Below, one piece after another: positions 61,995 through 64,000 of a stretch of DNA of 64,000 bases. Made by a program: the position numbers and the translations under genes. Source of the stretch: Schmidtea polychroa (Eukaryota); assembly GCA_044892525.1 (NCBI GenBank), contig CM097885.1, positions 21,392,001-21,456,000 on the forward strand, read 5' to 3'. Below the pieces are notes generated by a model that saw only the letters and a program-made list of their open reading frames with translations, did no database searches and was not told the origin of the DNA. Every line of letters begins with the position of its first letter. Position 1 is the first letter of the stretch.

Positions 61995-62762
61995 TTATTG
62001 GGAGCCACCGACCTCATCCCTTAATTTTACGGGAGGTTCAGGTGCTCGTCTTTTGCTCAACTCGTTCATTCTTATTACTTCGAGTTGCGTTGCTATCAAC
62101 TGACTCTTTAATTCTGGTATTTCTTGTAATTGCTTCTCTTTACTTTTCCATTTTCTCTGCTTGATGGTTATTGCCGTCTGCAATGCTTGCATGCTTCGTC
62201 GTTTTTGATTTAAGATTCTCCGGTAATTTTCTTTCAACTTCCATTGTTTTTCTGTTTCCTCTCTTTGTTCCTTGATCTCTTCCTTGAGTTTTACATTTCT
62301 CTTCTCGGCTTTTTTACTTTCTCGCACTCTTGTTTTTGCATAAGCATATTGTGCTTCTAACTGCTCGATATAGACTTGGTCGATATTCACAATCTTTTTC
62401 AACTTCCTTGTTTCTGATTTCCAATAATCTTCGATTACTGCCTGAGCTCTCAACTCTACTATCTCTTGTCTCAGGTTTTTATTTTCTGTCTCTTTTCGTT
62501 TCGATTCCTTTATTTCCCTCAAAATTTCTTGCTTGACAGTGTTTATTAATCGTCTTGATTGAACAATATGCTGCCTCAATCTCGTAATCTCTACATTTTG
62601 ATTTGCAATCTTTAATTTGAACAACTTCTTGCTGACTCTCCATTTATTGTTATAATATTTCATCGGTTCTTGTTTGATTGGTATCATATCCTGGTTTTGT
62701 TCAGGTTGGTCGTTTGACTTTCCTTCGTTACTCGTTGATTCTCTTTCTTTTAAATAATTCAT
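61995..62762 (-). CDS. Basic coiled-coil protein, retroelement internal region
   Basis: Long K/R/E/Q-rich ORF; TTTTGTAG|ATATG precedes the start. Confidence 0.65.
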   Translation of the reverse strand: MNYLKERESTSNEGKSNDQPEQNQDMIPIKQEPMKYYNNKWRVSKKLFKLKIANQNVEITRLRQHIVQSRRLINTVKQEILREIKESKRKETENKNLRQEIVELRAQAVIEDYWKSETRKLKKIVNIDQVYIEQLEAQYAYAKTRVRESKKAEKRNVKLKEEIKEQREETEKQWKLKENYRRILNQKRRSMQALQTAITIKQRKWKSKEKQLQEIPELKSQLIATQLEVIRMNELSKRRAPEPPVKLRDEVGGSQ

Positions 62763-62854
62763 ATCTACAAAAATATACATATCATATTTCCTTTTGTCTT
62801 CTTTTTTATTCTGAATTTTTTGGTTTTGTAATTTTTATTTGGTTTTGGTTCTAT

Positions 62855-62893
<39 letters not shown>

Positions 62894-62903
62894 CTCCCTT
62901 CGA

Positions 62904-64000
62904 CTAAATCCATGTTGCGTTATTTTGTTCGTTATTTTCATCGAAGCCTTCATCTGTGGTGACTTCGGCAGGCTGTGGCACTTGCAACGGGAACGGGTAG
63001 AGTGGCATTAATAATATTGGTGGTTGTCTCCTTAACCGATCTATTTCCTCTCGTAGTTCCGTTGAGATGTTTATTTCCTCATCCAATAAAAACGTTAATC
63101 TACCTTCGTTTTCTCTCATTTCGTTTAATTCCTCTTCCAATCGTTGGGTTCTTTCGAGCGTTTTTAGTTTCTCAATTTCCGCTCTCAAATTTGCTTCATT
63201 TTCTTCGAAGCATCGTTTTATTATCTCGGTTTCCTGTTTGGTTTGTTGAATTGTCTTGTCGCACTCCTCTCTATATTTCGCATTAAGCTCAATCTGGTGC
63301 TTCCAATTCACATCCCTTTGGGTGTACATACCTTTATATCCGTTCATCTCTTGATTGGCTTCTTCCACTTCGGTTTGTAATTGTCGGATCTGTCGATCTT
63401 GGTCTGTCAATTGTTGTTCCCATCTCTTTTCCTGGGATTCATACCTTCTTATTTCTCGAGTCTGTTTCTTTATGATTCTCTGTCTACCGTCGCTGATCCG
63501 CGTCTTGATTCTATGTTCTCTACTCAATCGGCTGATCTCATCTTTTTGGTTTTCTATCGTTTCCCATATTTTAAATTCGTCTCTTTCCATCAGTTTTATT
63601 GGTAACTGTCTTAACTCCTCTTTGGTCTCTTTCCAATTCTTTTTCCATTTTCGGGCTTGATGCTTGAGACACTTTTCGGTTTCCTCAGTTTTCTGCTGTC
63701 GTTTTCTCCACTCTACTTCCTCTTCTTCTCGCTGTGCGGCTCTTGTTTCGTAAAATTCTTGGTCTGCTTTTCGTAATCGCAGTTGTTCCTTGCTACTGAT
63801 TTTCCAATAGAGCACTTGAGTTTGACTTCCTAGGTATTTATACTTCCATTTCTGGGCTTGTATCTTTATTTGTGTGTTAATTCGCTCTAATACGTTATCT
63901 CTAACAATTGGTTCTCTATGCGGTGTTCTCCTCCCTTGCCCTCTGACTTCGTTTAGGGTCTTTTTGCATCTTTCCCATTTTTCTTTCATCATTGCGCATT
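62904..64000 (-). CDS. Coiled-coil protein, retroelement internal region (5' end may lie outside the window)
   Basis: At least 362 aa heptad-rich ORF followed by a long A-run on the coding strand. Confidence 0.65.
   Translation of the reverse strand, partial: CAMMKEKWERCKKTLNEVRGQGRRTPHREPIVRDNVLERINTQIKIQAQKWKYKYLGSQTQVLYWKISSKEQLRLRKADQEFYETRAAQREEEEVEWRKRQQKTEETEKCLKHQARKWKKNWKETKEELRQLPIKLMERDEFKIWETIENQKDEISRLSREHRIKTRISDGRQRIIKKQTREIRRYESQEKRWEQQLTDQDRQIRQLQTEVEEANQEMNGYKGMYTQRDVNWKHQIELNAKYREECDKTIQQTKQETEIIKRCFEENEANLRAEIEKLKTLERTQRLEEELNEMRENEGRLTFLLDEEINISTELREEIDRLRRQPPILLMPLYPFPLQVPQPAEVTTDEGFDENNEQNNATWI

Overview
AT-rich eukaryotic (metazoan-type) repeat-dense DNA made almost entirely of nested mobile elements. 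A planarian-like flatworm host is plausible from composition and the giant LTRs, but this is inference only. Left part: decayed hAT, pogo/Tc2 and Tc1 transposases, and a Penelope-like retroelement with minimal hammerhead ribozymes. Centre: a 10.6 kb palindromic defective Polinton/Maverick (AGTAGT ends, 6-bp TSD, two inverted pPolB arms), and a second ~15.7 kb Polinton/adintovirus-like provirus (pPolB, ATPase, PLA2-integrase, capsid, truncated protease) with ~1.17 kb TIRs that carry a tRNA-sized Pol III-type unit and abut a GINS1/Psf1 3' fragment. A giant-LTR retroelement family occurs as a 5.8 kb solo LTR (12537-18342) and as nested copies at 53773-64000. Three of these LTRs begin with a ~250 nt covarying RNA-like structure, and two encode small, apparently spliced accessory ORFs. 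The strongest candidates for something undescribed are this LTR structured RNA plus accessory-gene system, the Pol III unit in the Polinton TIRs, and the integrated palindromic Polinton. All calls are by eye from sequence; no searches were run.
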